Origin: Akkermansiaceae bacterium
GTDB lineage: Bacteria > Verrucomicrobiota > Verrucomicrobiia > Verrucomicrobiales > Akkermansiaceae
NCBI GenBank assembly: GCA_031425955.1
Contig: JANPKJ010000143.1
Coordinates: 14,239-78,238 of the forward strand
DNA length: 64,000 nt
Reading direction: 5' to 3'
Positions 1 to 9,571 of this stretch are shown piece by piece (position 1 is the stretch's first letter; every line of letters starts with the position of its first letter). The position numbers and the translations under genes were made by a program. Below the pieces are notes generated by a model, which was not told where the DNA came from, did no database searches, and saw only the letters and a program-made list of their open reading frames with translations.

Positions 1-183
1 GCCTGCGCCGCCAGTGCTCCAACTGACTCCGGAAGTGCCGCTCCAAATACGTGGAGCCGCGAAGGCCGACTGGCTCGAGACCAGTGCGGCGAGGCCGCAG
101 GAGAGGGTGATAGCAAGGTGCCCATGAAGCCGGAGAGAGTTCACGAGGAGGGTGGGGAGGAAGGATTTTTTTTTGGTTTTCAC
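1..183 (-). CDS. 5' part of an autotransporter-repeat-type secreted protein, paralog of 365..3097 (runs off the window)
   Basis: Manual translation from GTG at 183: MKTKKKSFLPTLLVNSLRLHGHLAITLSCGLAALVSSQSAFAAPRIWSG. This matches the signal region of the neighbour (LTLSCGFAVLLASQSAFAAPKAWSG). Confidence 0.8.
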   Translation of the reverse strand, partial: MKTKKKSFLPTLLVNSLRLHGHLAITLSCGLAALVSSQSAFAAPRIWSGTSGVSWSTGGAG

Positions 184-291
184 GGGAAGGAGGAGGCTGG
201 GGCGGTTTGTTTTTCCGAGATTGGTGAGATGGGATTCGTAATTGCGGAGCTTGGAGGAGGCGGAATACGGCGGTTGGGTTTGAGAGGTGAT

Positions 292-351
292 GGACGGGAC
301 CCGAAAACCCAAAATCAGGTCCCGTCCGGGATTGCCTCTCGTCAGAGGCAA
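292..351 (-). terminator. Two hairpins downstream of 365..3097 (possible terminator or mRNA-stabilising structure)
   Basis: Inverted repeats GGACGGGACC/GGTCCCGTCC (292-327) and TTGCCTCT/AGAGGCAA (332-351); no clear U-tract. Confidence 0.35.
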
Positions 352-364
352 AGGGGATGAAGTG

Positions 365-3097
365 TTATGGATTTCCCGCCTGGATGCGGGTGAAGAGTTT
401 GTTGGAGGCGGTGCCGGTGCGGGTGGTGACGACGGTGACGACGCCCAAGACCGGGGCGGACGGAACGATGGTGCCGATGGTGCCGGCGGTATTGGCCACG
501 CCGCTGGCTTTCCACTCGATGAGATCCGTGGACCATTGATAGCTGTAGCTCACATCGCTGGCGATGGTCGGGTTGAGCGTATGCTGATAGGTGATGGAAT
601 TGACGGTGGCGGAGACTTGGGTGAGTCCGGCGCTGGAGGTGTTGGGATTGGTGCCGAGAACGTTTTCGACGCCGTTAGGTACGCCGTCGTTGTCCGTGTC
701 GGTGGAGAATCCGGTGGCGGGGCTGTTGGCGGCGAGCCAGTTGGCGTAGGTGTTGGAAGCAGCTCCGACTTGGATTTTTCCGGGGCCGGTGATGGCCTCG
801 CCGCTGTTGGTGGAATCGTAGAGGCCGCTGGCCTGAGTCACGCCGTCGATGACGAGAGACGCCACCGTATCGGTGCCGGCATTGGGCAGGTTTAGGACGG
901 CGGGCGATGCGGCGACGGTGCCGACGGTGAGGGTGGAGGAATCCGCGAGGTAAGTGCTGCTGATTTCCAGGGTGCCATCGACGACGGTGGTGTTGCCGGA
1001 GTAGGTGTTAGCACCGGACAGGGCGAGGGTGCCGAGGCCTGACTTGGTGAGAGAGCCGACGGCGGACGGGGCGTTTTCAAGCACCTGGGCGATGGTGATG
1101 TCCCGGGTGGTGGGGACGTCGATTTTCGCGCCGTTGGCGGTGATGAAGGCGTTGGTGAGGCCGCTCATGTAGGTGGCGCTGGCAGCGGCCGGGGTGAGGG
1201 TTCCGCCATCGAAGGTGAGGGTGGCGGTGGAGTCTGTGCCGCGGACGGTGGGGAACGCGGGCAGGGTAACCTGCGCGGTGCCGCCGATGGTAATGGTAGA
1301 GGTGTTGGCTCCCCCGGCGGAGAGCGAGTTGAAGATGCCGGCAGAGAAGGTGCCTCCGGTGAGGTTGAGCTTGGCAATGATGGGGTTGGTCGAGGCGGCG
1401 TCGGTGGTGCTTCCGCCGAGGCCGAGGGAATTGGCGATCGCCGTGCCGCCGGTTTGGGCGAAGGTGTTGTCGGTGTTGAGCACGCCTGCCGTATCATAGC
1501 GGCCGATGCGCAGGTTGTTGCAGGTCAGCGATCCGGATCCACTGAGATTGAAGGTGTTGATATGTGGGCCGTTGGAAGTGGCGGTGGTGAAGCCCATGAC
1601 CATCGCGGCGGTCAGCGAGCCGCCACTGAGGTTGTAGGTGCCGGTGCTGCCGACTGCGGATTGTCCAAAGGCGATGCCATTGCCAGTGGCGGTGATGGTT
1701 CCTGCCGAATGGTTGACAGTTGAAACCGAACCGGTGCTACCGAGGCTAATCGTGCCGCTGGTGAAATTTCCGTTCTGGATGTTCAGGATGGGGGTGGAGC
1801 CGATGCCGCCGCCATTGACGAAAATGGTGGCGGCGGTGGCGATGCGGTTTCCGGAGAGCGTGAGCGAGCCGTTCTGCACGGTGGTCGGCCCTGTGTGGGT
1901 GTTCGCGCCGGAGAGTGTCCAAGCTCCGGTGCCGGTTTTGGTGACGGAGGTGAGGTTGGTCAGTGCGGCGCTATTGACGACGGCACCTCCCAAGATAATT
2001 GCCTCGGTAGGAAGACTCAAAGTGACGGTCTTGGTTGCGACGGTGATGGTATTGATGGTCGTGCCTACTGCGATGCCCGCCCCGCTGATAGCCTGACCTG
2101 TAGCGATGCCATCCACCGAACCTAGAACCAGTGTCGAGCTGCCAGCAGCCGTGGAAGCGGTGGTGGCAACCGTTGATCCCGTTGTGCCATTATTGGCAAT
2201 CGCACCGCTGATTTCACCGGTTCCAGCCGTGGAGCCCTGCAACGTGACGACCTTGCTGCCCACGCCGGGAGTTGACTGAGTGCCGCTGAATTTCAGCAGG
2301 CCTGTTCCCGACTGGTCGATGGTTGCGCCGCCGGACGCACCGTTGAGGGTGAACGCACGGGTGCTTGTCACGGCAGTTCCGCTATAAAGCATCAATCCGG
2401 TGGCGGCCAAGTTTCCGAACTTGAGTTCCGTGCCCTGGCCGATGTTGCTGGGTCCGTCGGCGATTGAACTCAGGTTGAGCGTGCCTTGGTTGATGGTGAA
2501 AGCGCCCGAGAAGGTGTTGGCCTGGGTGAGAGTCAGGATTCCGCTGCCGCTCTTGATGATGGAAGTCGGGGCGCTCTCACTGATGAGGCCGGAAATCGTG
2601 ATGTGATGCGCCGCGCCGGCACTGATCGTCCGTGCTCCAGCGCCGGGCGTCGCGATCAGATCCAGGGAGATCGTGTCGGTGATCGGTGAGCCGGCGGTGA
2701 CGCCCGTGCTGGTGATGTTTCCAGCCAGGGTGAGGCGATTGCCAGCGAGAGAGTAGGCCGTGGAACTGGATACGCCGGTGTTGGTGAAAGTGATGAGTCC
2801 GAAGCTGGAGTCTGCTGCGAGGTCGTTGTTTGTCGAGTTGTTCGCCGTGGTGCCGACAAACGTCAGAGTGTCATTGGCGACGGGTGCCGTGCCGCCCCAA
2901 TTGGCACCGGTGCTCCAGTTGCCATCCGCGCCAGCGCCGCTCCAGGCTTTTGGAGCAGCGAAGGCCGACTGGCTGGCAAGCAGGACGGCGAAACCGCAGG
3001 AGAGGGTGAGACCGAGGCTACCTTGGCAGGCAAGGGCATCAGTAGCGAAGGAGCTTGAAACGAAGATGGGAAAGGACGGTTTTTTCTGATTCTTCAT
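365..3097 (-). CDS. Secreted autotransporter-associated beta-strand-repeat protein with C-terminal DxDxDG module, no beta-barrel
   Basis: Signal peptide; repeated K.G.G.LTL..ANT.SG passenger repeats; C-terminus YANW...DTDNDGVPNGVENVLGTNP...WSTDLIEW...KLFTRI. Confidence 0.85.
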   Translation of the reverse strand: MKNQKKPSFPIFVSSSFATDALACQGSLGLTLSCGFAVLLASQSAFAAPKAWSGAGADGNWSTGANWGGTAPVANDTLTFVGTTANNSTNNDLAADSSFGLITFTNTGVSSSTAYSLAGNRLTLAGNITSTGVTAGSPITDTISLDLIATPGAGARTISAGAAHHITISGLISESAPTSIIKSGSGILTLTQANTFSGAFTINQGTLNLSSIADGPSNIGQGTELKFGNLAATGLMLYSGTAVTSTRAFTLNGASGGATIDQSGTGLLKFSGTQSTPGVGSKVVTLQGSTAGTGEISGAIANNGTTGSTVATTASTAAGSSTLVLGSVDGIATGQAISGAGIAVGTTINTITVATKTVTLSLPTEAIILGGAVVNSAALTNLTSVTKTGTGAWTLSGANTHTGPTTVQNGSLTLSGNRIATAATIFVNGGGIGSTPILNIQNGNFTSGTISLGSTGSVSTVNHSAGTITATGNGIAFGQSAVGSTGTYNLSGGSLTAAMVMGFTTATSNGPHINTFNLSGSGSLTCNNLRIGRYDTAGVLNTDNTFAQTGGTAIANSLGLGGSTTDAASTNPIIAKLNLTGGTFSAGIFNSLSAGGANTSTITIGGTAQVTLPAFPTVRGTDSTATLTFDGGTLTPAAASATYMSGLTNAFITANGAKIDVPTTRDITIAQVLENAPSAVGSLTKSGLGTLALSGANTYSGNTTVVDGTLEISSTYLADSSTLTVGTVAASPAVLNLPNAGTDTVASLVIDGVTQASGLYDSTNSGEAITGPGKIQVGAASNTYANWLAANSPATGFSTDTDNDGVPNGVENVLGTNPNTSSAGLTQVSATVNSITYQHTLNPTIASDVSYSYQWSTDLIEWKASGVANTAGTIGTIVPSAPVLGVVTVVTTRTGTASNKLFTRIQAGNP

Positions 3098-3184
3098 CTG
3101 TTTGGTGATGGATTTGAGTTGAACGAGGGAGAGGGTTGTTTTGGGGAATTACCGGAAGGCTATTGCAAAATCCGGAAGGCGAGA

Positions 3185-3202
3185 AGTCGCACAGACATGC
3201 TC
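3185..3202 (-). promoter_or_regulatory. Conserved upstream motif, copy A (GAGCATGTCTGTGCGACT)
   Basis: Identical to the copy at 7497-7514; about 88 bp upstream of the start at 3097. Confidence 0.65.
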
Positions 3203-3307
3203 TTGGAAGGGCAAGCCGACAGACGGCGGGCACCTGATGGATAGGAAGGGAATCATCCAGTTTGCCAGCGTCAGGGAAGTTTCCAAGAGGATGGATTCGA
3301 GGGGATC

Positions 3308-4054
3308 TCAATTCGCCTTCTTTTTAGGAGGCGGCATGTTGATCAGGTCCCGGGTGGCGTATTCCTCTAAAGGCATCGATTCCACATGGCCATCGACGAA
3401 AAGAATAGGCACCTTCCCGTTTATGAGCAGGCCCTTCATGGCTTCGTCCTTTAGCTGGGTCGCATCATAGATGAAATGCCAGCTTCCGCGCGGGGCGACG
3501 ATGGGAGTGCGCGACGGTTCTGGAATCAAGTTCAGCGGCACGGGGATCGTTTGAGAAAGAGCATTTTTCGAGGCGAGCCCGAGATTGTTAGCGATCTGGA
3601 GATTGAACGCATAGCCTGGATTCCAAGCCTTCCATTGGTAGTTGGGGCCGAATTTTCCATCACCATAATTCTCGGTAAAGAGAGGATTGTGCATGAAAAT
3701 GTTGTTGGTCTTATACCAGTCGAGATCCATCTCCTTCACGTCCGTCACTTCCGGGTGGACGATCATCAAAAGAGCTTGGTGCCAATGAATGTTGCCCGGA
3801 ACGCTGTTGCCGTTCGCGTCGATGACATTCGGTTTCGCTGCAGGCAGACACATCGAATTGTCAGCGGCGTATAGTCCTACGACGGACCCGATTTGGCGCA
3901 TGTTCGCCACCGATTTCGCCGAGTCGGCGTTTCTTCTCATCTTCGAAGTCATCGTGACGGCGAGGGCGGCGAGGGCGGCGATGATGACGATGACGACAAG
4001 CATCTCCACCAGGGTGAATCCCCTCTGGCTCTTGGGCTTGAATGGTTTTTTCAC
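3308..4054 (-). CDS. Prepilin-type N-methylation protein with C-terminal H-X9-DG-like motif (pseudopilin-like)
   Basis: RGFTLVEMLVVIVIIAALAAL cleavage/methylation motif; C-terminal VPILFVDGHVE. Confidence 0.9.
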   Translation of the reverse strand: MKKPFKPKSQRGFTLVEMLVVIVIIAALAALAVTMTSKMRRNADSAKSVANMRQIGSVVGLYAADNSMCLPAAKPNVIDANGNSVPGNIHWHQALLMIVHPEVTDVKEMDLDWYKTNNIFMHNPLFTENYGDGKFGPNYQWKAWNPGYAFNLQIANNLGLASKNALSQTIPVPLNLIPEPSRTPIVAPRGSWHFIYDATQLKDEAMKGLLINGKVPILFVDGHVESMPLEEYATRDLINMPPPKKKAN

Positions 4055-4152
4055 GGCAAATTAGGTTTTTTAGATGGATTGAAGACCCCGCTTGAACAGC
4101 TAAGCCTCGAAGTCAATCCTCATGAAATTAATCTCGAATTGGGTGGTTGAAT

Positions 4153-4170
4153 AGTCGCATGGATGTGCTC
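4153..4170 (-). promoter_or_regulatory. Conserved upstream motif, copy B (GAGCACATCCATGCGACT)
   Basis: About 99 bp upstream of the prepilin gene, same orientation. Confidence 0.6.
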
Positions 4171-4285
4171 GTCTGGAAGTGGAGCGCCTGTTGCGGGATT
4201 TCTCGGAAGGACGGTGCAGGCGACTTCGTTTTCGCCCAACCATCTCTGAAGTGGCGAACGGAAGACCGCAAACACTGCACCGGAA

Positions 4286-4303
4286 GAGCATATCCATGTG
4301 GCT
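4286..4303 (+). promoter_or_regulatory. Conserved upstream motif, copy C (GAGCATATCCATGTGGCT)
   Basis: Upstream of the 4481 gene, divergent from copy B. Confidence 0.5.
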
Positions 4304-4480
4304 AGACAGGAGGAAAGGCTCAGTCTTATATCGCACCAACGTTGGTTCATTCGATTTGATTTGAGCTGCGTTAAACCCGTGAAAGACAAGTGACCCCGAG
4401 TTGAATTTCCTGGCCAGCTGCCGGAATTGTATGGCGGCACCGGAATATTCTTCGAAGGGGCACCAAACAAAAAAACCAAA

Positions 4481-5518
4481 ATGAATAACAAAATCCAACA
4501 CCGGTGCAGCGGCACCTTCTTAACCGCCTTCAATGCCGCCGCCATTCTGCTTGCTTCGGCGAGCTTGCTTGAGGCAGACGAAGTATACGGCGCCATTCTT
4601 CGTCCTGATAATGGGACCACGATAGAAAGTAAATTCCGAAGGAGAGATTCAGCCACCGATCCTTACACCCGCCGGAATACTTTTTATTGCCCGGCCGCAC
4701 CGAATACAGGAGCTACAGGTGACAATACGTTCATGCAGATCACGAACTACGGGCTCGGGGCCTTTAGGACCGAGTTCAACAAGACGGAGACGGGTGTGAA
4801 CCAACAGCTCGCTTACTACAAGGTGGGTAAGGGGAATATGTTCGACCAAATGGCTGGGAATCTTGAGAATTCTTCGTTTTACATTAAGATTTCTGAAATC
4901 CTCAATTCCACCGGTGGGACGGCTATTTGGAACATAGGTCAGGAGAATGCTATGGAGAATCTCCCGGGACCAGGTGAACCCGGTCCCGATATCGGCGACA
5001 AGTGGATGATCAGCTACAATGGTATTTTTTCCGGTGTCGGTTTTAATGATGAGGATAATAACATTCCTGAGTCGATCGCTTCCAAGTGGCGGCCTTTTGA
5101 TCTGGAAATCCGACTTCGAAGCAAAGAAGCTCTAGGAGGACCTTTTCAGTACGATGATACAAAATTCTGGACCCCGCCAGGGCAGTTCATCACGAAGAAT
5201 GGCACTACGGAAACCACTTGGAACGTAAGAATTGGAACGATATTCACAGACGGCAAAAAAAAGGTTTTTGTGTCTTGTTCTCCGAGAACTAATAATTTCG
5301 ATAATTTGGAGTTTCCTGTGAAAACGTTCCTCCAATATCTGAGAGCGCAGGCCCTATTAATACCATCAAATAGCGAAAAACTCGCGGAACTTTATAAGAG
5401 ACGATCGCAAATTGCGAATCTTGGCTACACGATGAAAGGATTTGTCGCCGGTCAGGAAATCTACCGCGGCACGGGAACCCTGATCAGCAATAACTTTAGT
5501 TGTAATTTCAATCCCTGA
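4481..5518 (+). CDS. Secreted hypothetical protein, possibly a remote GH12-like jelly roll
   Basis: Signal-like N-terminus; C-terminus FVAGQEIYRGTGTLISNNFSC resembles the GH12 AGFEPW.G..L....FS motif; start could be 4427. Confidence 0.6.
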   Translation: MNNKIQHRCSGTFLTAFNAAAILLASASLLEADEVYGAILRPDNGTTIESKFRRRDSATDPYTRRNTFYCPAAPNTGATGDNTFMQITNYGLGAFRTEFNKTETGVNQQLAYYKVGKGNMFDQMAGNLENSSFYIKISEILNSTGGTAIWNIGQENAMENLPGPGEPGPDIGDKWMISYNGIFSGVGFNDEDNNIPESIASKWRPFDLEIRLRSKEALGGPFQYDDTKFWTPPGQFITKNGTTETTWNVRIGTIFTDGKKKVFVSCSPRTNNFDNLEFPVKTFLQYLRAQALLIPSNSEKLAELYKRRSQIANLGYTMKGFVAGQEIYRGTGTLISNNFSCNFNP

Positions 5519-5819
5519 TTTCCTTGTTGGATTGAATCCGGTCGGGGAGGATTTGAGAATCTTCGCCGGCCGGTTCATCCTCACAGGAACGTCGTTTGTC
5601 GCAAGCAGTCAATGCGCGCCTTCGACTCATCTGAACCGTGAAGCCGATCAAGCAGCCTCTGCCGTTTTCGGGAGGTCGCATTCCGAGACATCGCAAGGGG
5701 GCGGATGCCAAGATTCAGGTAGATGTCTCGGACAAGAGGGAGAGGAAGTTGGGTTGCGTTCGGAGTAAAATTGCGGCCTCGTCGCCAGTGAGTGGTAGTT
5801 GCGTAAAGAGAAACAAGAA

Positions 5820-7397
5820 ATGGAATCAAAATTTGGTTTTAACAAACTGTCATGGATCCTGATCGGATTTTCATGTGGATTCGTAGCGGCACGGTTTGCC
5901 GGCCCCTTGGTGACTAGGCCAGGAGCGGAATCTTCGATTCAGACTGCGAGCGATTTTCGGCGGGCTGACCGGACCCTTGGCGCCGGGTCAAGAAATGCCG
6001 GGGACAGCGGGCGTCCGGCAGGCTCCTCTTCTTGGACACGCGAACGCGCGATGCGGAAGCTTGACCGCATCGCGGGGATGCCATTTTGGAGCAAGGATCG
6101 GAAGCAGCAGCGCTACGAGATCTTCAAGAACTGGATGATGGCGGACCCGATGGCCGCGCTTGTCAGTTTCCGTGAGACCACTCCACCCGAAGAATTCGTC
6201 ATTTATCATCCGAAACTGTTTGCCGAATTGTTGGCCAAGGACAGGAAAACCGCACTGGATTATGTGGTGGAGCTTCAGGAGAGGTCCGGCGATTTGGTAG
6301 ATCTGAGTGAAGTTCTGGAGGTCTGGCCCAAAGAGGATCGCGCGGCTCTGGAGGATTTTTGTTTCAGACTGGGGCGTTCCGAAAATGGAACTCTCGTGAT
6401 GGAAACGTTGGTCGGAGACATGGTGGAATATGAGAACCCCGACGTCGGATGGCAGTGGATTCTTGCCAACACCACCGGCAGCCAGAAGGACCGGGCGGTG
6501 GATCGCTATTTCACCCGCTTGGCACTGGTCAATCCGGACGAAGCGTATCGGAGGCTTTCGGTGATGCCCGGAAACATGCTGACCGATCATTTGCTTCCGG
6601 AGATTGGAAAGGGGATGGCTGCCATGGGGACCGACAAGGCGTTGGCTTGGTATGAAACCCTGCCGGACAGTCGTCAGAAGACGAAGGTCTACTCGCAAAT
6701 CATGTCGAGGTTTGTCGCCGAAAACCCGGAAGAGGCGAGCGGGGCCGTTGGCAAGCTTCCAGAGGGCGAACTCAAGGAGGAATTGATGATCAAACTTGCT
6801 TGGGGTTTGGGAAGCCGCGACCTGAAGGGAGCGTTTGAATGGATCGCGCAGCAGGAATGGACCCCTTCAACCTGGGGTGCTTATCAGGACCTGACGAATC
6901 AATGGGCGCGCAAGGACCCGGTGGCTACAGTTTCGTTTCTCGTGGAGAACGCTGATTCCACGGCCAAGGAGCGTCTTCTCCCTGGGGTTCTTAATCACTT
7001 GGTTGAGAAGGCTTTTGACCAGTCGCTGCCCATCATTAGAAACCTGCCCGAAGGCGCAGTTCAGGATGGTGCGATCGAAATCTACTGTAGGGAACTGTTC
7101 GCCATCCATCCGGACCAAGCGAAAACGTGGTTAGAAGGATTGGAACCCGGTCGGTTTCGAGACGTGGCATCGCAGGGAATCGTTGAAACCGCCCTAGCAT
7201 CGGACCCGGAAATGGCCGCCCGGATTGCCAGCGAGATCGGCGACGGTCGGACCCGCTTGGACCTTCTCAAGGTCAGCGTGACGGACGTCGCCCTTCGGAA
7301 TCCCAAGCGCGCGAACGAGTTGCTTGACGACCTAGCGATCAGTCCTGCCGACAAAGCATCGGTGTTGGCGAATCTTCCGAAAACCACTGTAAGGTGA
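5820..7397 (+). CDS. Membrane-anchored helical-repeat hypothetical protein
   Basis: N-terminal TM segment; repeated DP..A..W...LP.G..R..A units typical of Verrucomicrobia hypotheticals. Confidence 0.8.
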   Translation: MESKFGFNKLSWILIGFSCGFVAARFAGPLVTRPGAESSIQTASDFRRADRTLGAGSRNAGDSGRPAGSSSWTRERAMRKLDRIAGMPFWSKDRKQQRYEIFKNWMMADPMAALVSFRETTPPEEFVIYHPKLFAELLAKDRKTALDYVVELQERSGDLVDLSEVLEVWPKEDRAALEDFCFRLGRSENGTLVMETLVGDMVEYENPDVGWQWILANTTGSQKDRAVDRYFTRLALVNPDEAYRRLSVMPGNMLTDHLLPEIGKGMAAMGTDKALAWYETLPDSRQKTKVYSQIMSRFVAENPEEASGAVGKLPEGELKEELMIKLAWGLGSRDLKGAFEWIAQQEWTPSTWGAYQDLTNQWARKDPVATVSFLVENADSTAKERLLPGVLNHLVEKAFDQSLPIIRNLPEGAVQDGAIEIYCRELFAIHPDQAKTWLEGLEPGRFRDVASQGIVETALASDPEMAARIASEIGDGRTRLDLLKVSVTDVALRNPKRANELLDDLAISPADKASVLANLPKTTVR

Positions 7398-7496
7398 CGA
7401 TTTGTCTCGAACAGCGCGTAGTTGGTTCCGCCGGTTTTTCCGATACATGGCAGAACGGCAAAGCAGGGACCGTCATGGCTGCTGTTGCCAAACGAA

Positions 7497-7514
7497 GAGC
7501 ATGTCTGTGCGACT
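7497..7514 (+). promoter_or_regulatory. Conserved upstream motif, copy D (GAGCATGTCTGTGCGACT)
   Basis: About 70 bp upstream of the GH10 ATG at 7584. Confidence 0.65.
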
Positions 7515-7583
7515 TTTCGAATGGCTGCTTATGTAGGAACATCCTTCGAAGGCGAATCGCCGACTTTTTTAATTCGCGAGGAA

Positions 7584-8753
7584 ATGAAAACTATGAATAG
7601 AACCAGAATTCGACTTGGACGGATCCAAGAAGCACCCCTTCGGAAGTTGTCGATAGGCTTGAGCCAAAGGATCATTCTTGGATTATTCCTGCTGACAGGG
7701 ACCGCGATGGCGGCGGAGCCGGTGTGGACCCCCCTGCGGGAGGTGGCGCAGGGCCGGATTCACATGGGCGCTGCGGTCAAATACGGCGAGCTGGTGAGGA
7801 ACCCGGCTTACCGCGACATGATCGTGCGCGAATACGATATGGTGACGCCGGAAAACGCCTTGAAATGGGGGGGGCTGCGTCCTGCGGACGGGAAGTTCGA
7901 TTTCCGTGAGGCGGACGCCATCGTTGATTTCGCCGTCAAGAACAAGCTGCTGGTGCGCGGTCATACGCTTTGCTGGAATGGTGACAAATTCCAGCCGTCC
8001 TGGGTGCTCAACGGCAACTTCACTCCGGCCCAGGCGCGGTTGCAGTTGGAAACGCACATCAAGACCGTGATGAAGCACTATCAGGGCAAGGTTTTCTGCT
8101 GGGACGTGGTGAACGAGTCGGTGGAAAACAGTCCGAAAAAGCCTGCGCTCAACGACGGTTACTGGCTGCGGCAGCTCGGCCCGGAATATATCGAACTTGC
8201 CTTCCGTTGGGCACGTGAGGCGGATCCCAAGGCGCTGTTGTTTTATAACGACTACGATCTCGGCCAGCCCATGGGGCCGAAGTCCAACCGGATTTTCGAG
8301 TTGGTGAAGAGTCTGAAAGAGAAGGGCGTGCCAATCGACGGCGTCGGCTTGCAATCGCACTACAATGTGACCAAACCCCCGACTGCGGAAGCCTTGCGGG
8401 AGGACATCCAGCGTTATGCGGCGCTCGGGCTGAAAATTCACATCACCGAGCTGGACGTCACCCAGAATGTGAGGGTGGGCAGTCCTGACAAGCCGCTTGA
8501 CGAGCGCCTCGCGATCCAGGCCCGGGTCTATGGGGACGCCATGAAAGCCGCGTTGTCCTCGCCGGCCTGCACGGCGGTGGTGACCTGGGGATTTTCCGAC
8601 CGCTGGGGAATCGAAAGCTTCGAGCGCACGGCGCGGGAGAATGGGACGGAGCTACCCCAGCGCCTTCCCTTCGACCGCGAACTCAAACCCAAGTCCGCCG
8701 CCATCGCGATGGCGGACGCGCTTCGCGACAAGGTTCTAACGAGCGCCAAATGA
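7584..8753 (+). CDS. GH10 endo-1,4-beta-xylanase
   Basis: TPENALKW, RGHTLCW, WDVVNE (acid/base), YNDY, GLQSH, HITELD (nucleophile). Confidence 0.93.
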   Translation: MKTMNRTRIRLGRIQEAPLRKLSIGLSQRIILGLFLLTGTAMAAEPVWTPLREVAQGRIHMGAAVKYGELVRNPAYRDMIVREYDMVTPENALKWGGLRPADGKFDFREADAIVDFAVKNKLLVRGHTLCWNGDKFQPSWVLNGNFTPAQARLQLETHIKTVMKHYQGKVFCWDVVNESVENSPKKPALNDGYWLRQLGPEYIELAFRWAREADPKALLFYNDYDLGQPMGPKSNRIFELVKSLKEKGVPIDGVGLQSHYNVTKPPTAEALREDIQRYAALGLKIHITELDVTQNVRVGSPDKPLDERLAIQARVYGDAMKAALSSPACTAVVTWGFSDRWGIESFERTARENGTELPQRLPFDRELKPKSAAIAMADALRDKVLTSAK

Positions 8754-9472
8754 TCGTGCGAAAGACCGTTTGCGGTTTCCTGCGGAACTCCATGCTGGCC
8801 GCTGTTTTCGGCGCGGCATTCACCCAAGCCGACTCGCCCGCCGGCGTGGACCAGCGGGTGGAAGCTCTGCTGGCGCGGATGACTCTGGAGGAAAAAGCCG
8901 GCCAAATGTGCCAGTATGTGGGAATCGAGCATCTCAAGGAGGGCTTGAAGCTTAAGGGCAAGGTTCCCTCTAACGACGACGCGGTCGGGATGTATCCGAA
9001 ACTGACATTTGGAATGATCGAGCGAATGGTGCGCGACGGCGAGATTGGCTCGTTCCTGCATGTGGTCACGGTCGAGGAGGCGAACCGTCTTCAGTCGATC
9101 GCGCGGGAAAGCCGCTTGCAAATTCCGCTGCTCATCGGCATCGACGCCATCCACGGCAACGCCATGGTGCGCGGGGCGACCGTTTATCCCGCACCGCTGG
9201 GGCTGGCGGCGACGTTTGACGAAGGTCTTGTGGAAAAGCTCTCCCGGGAGACCGCGCTGGAGACCCGTGCGAACGGCGCGCAGTGGACATTCACCCCGAA
9301 TGTGGATGTCGCCCGCGACGCGCGCTGGGGCCGCAGTGGCGAGACATTCGGCGAGGATCCGCATCTTGTCGGGCGGTTAGGAGCTGCGATGGTGCGCGGA
9401 TTGCAGGGGCCGGATGCGGGTGATTTCGAGGTGATAGTCGGAGAATTGAAACAACGGTTCAAGGCATTGTAA
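8750..9472 (+). pseudogene. GH3 beta-glucosidase/xylosidase with large internal deletion
   Basis: GH3 N-terminus (MTLEEKAGQM, DAIHG, DVARDARWGR..ETFGEDP) joined directly to a GH3 Fn3-like C-terminal tail (GDFEVIVG); catalytic region absent. Confidence 0.75.
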
Positions 9473-9571
9473 CTTTCTGGGAACGCTCATGTGACTGGCC
9501 GCAGATAGGATGCCGGCGCAAGGCCGACCTTGACACTGCTGAGTAACCTGATCAGTCGTTAACTACACATC

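Noticed and set aside
9479-9496. Additional copy of the upstream motif (GGGAACGCTCATGTGACT)
   Set aside because: Only the 3' half matches and the GCAY half-site is missing
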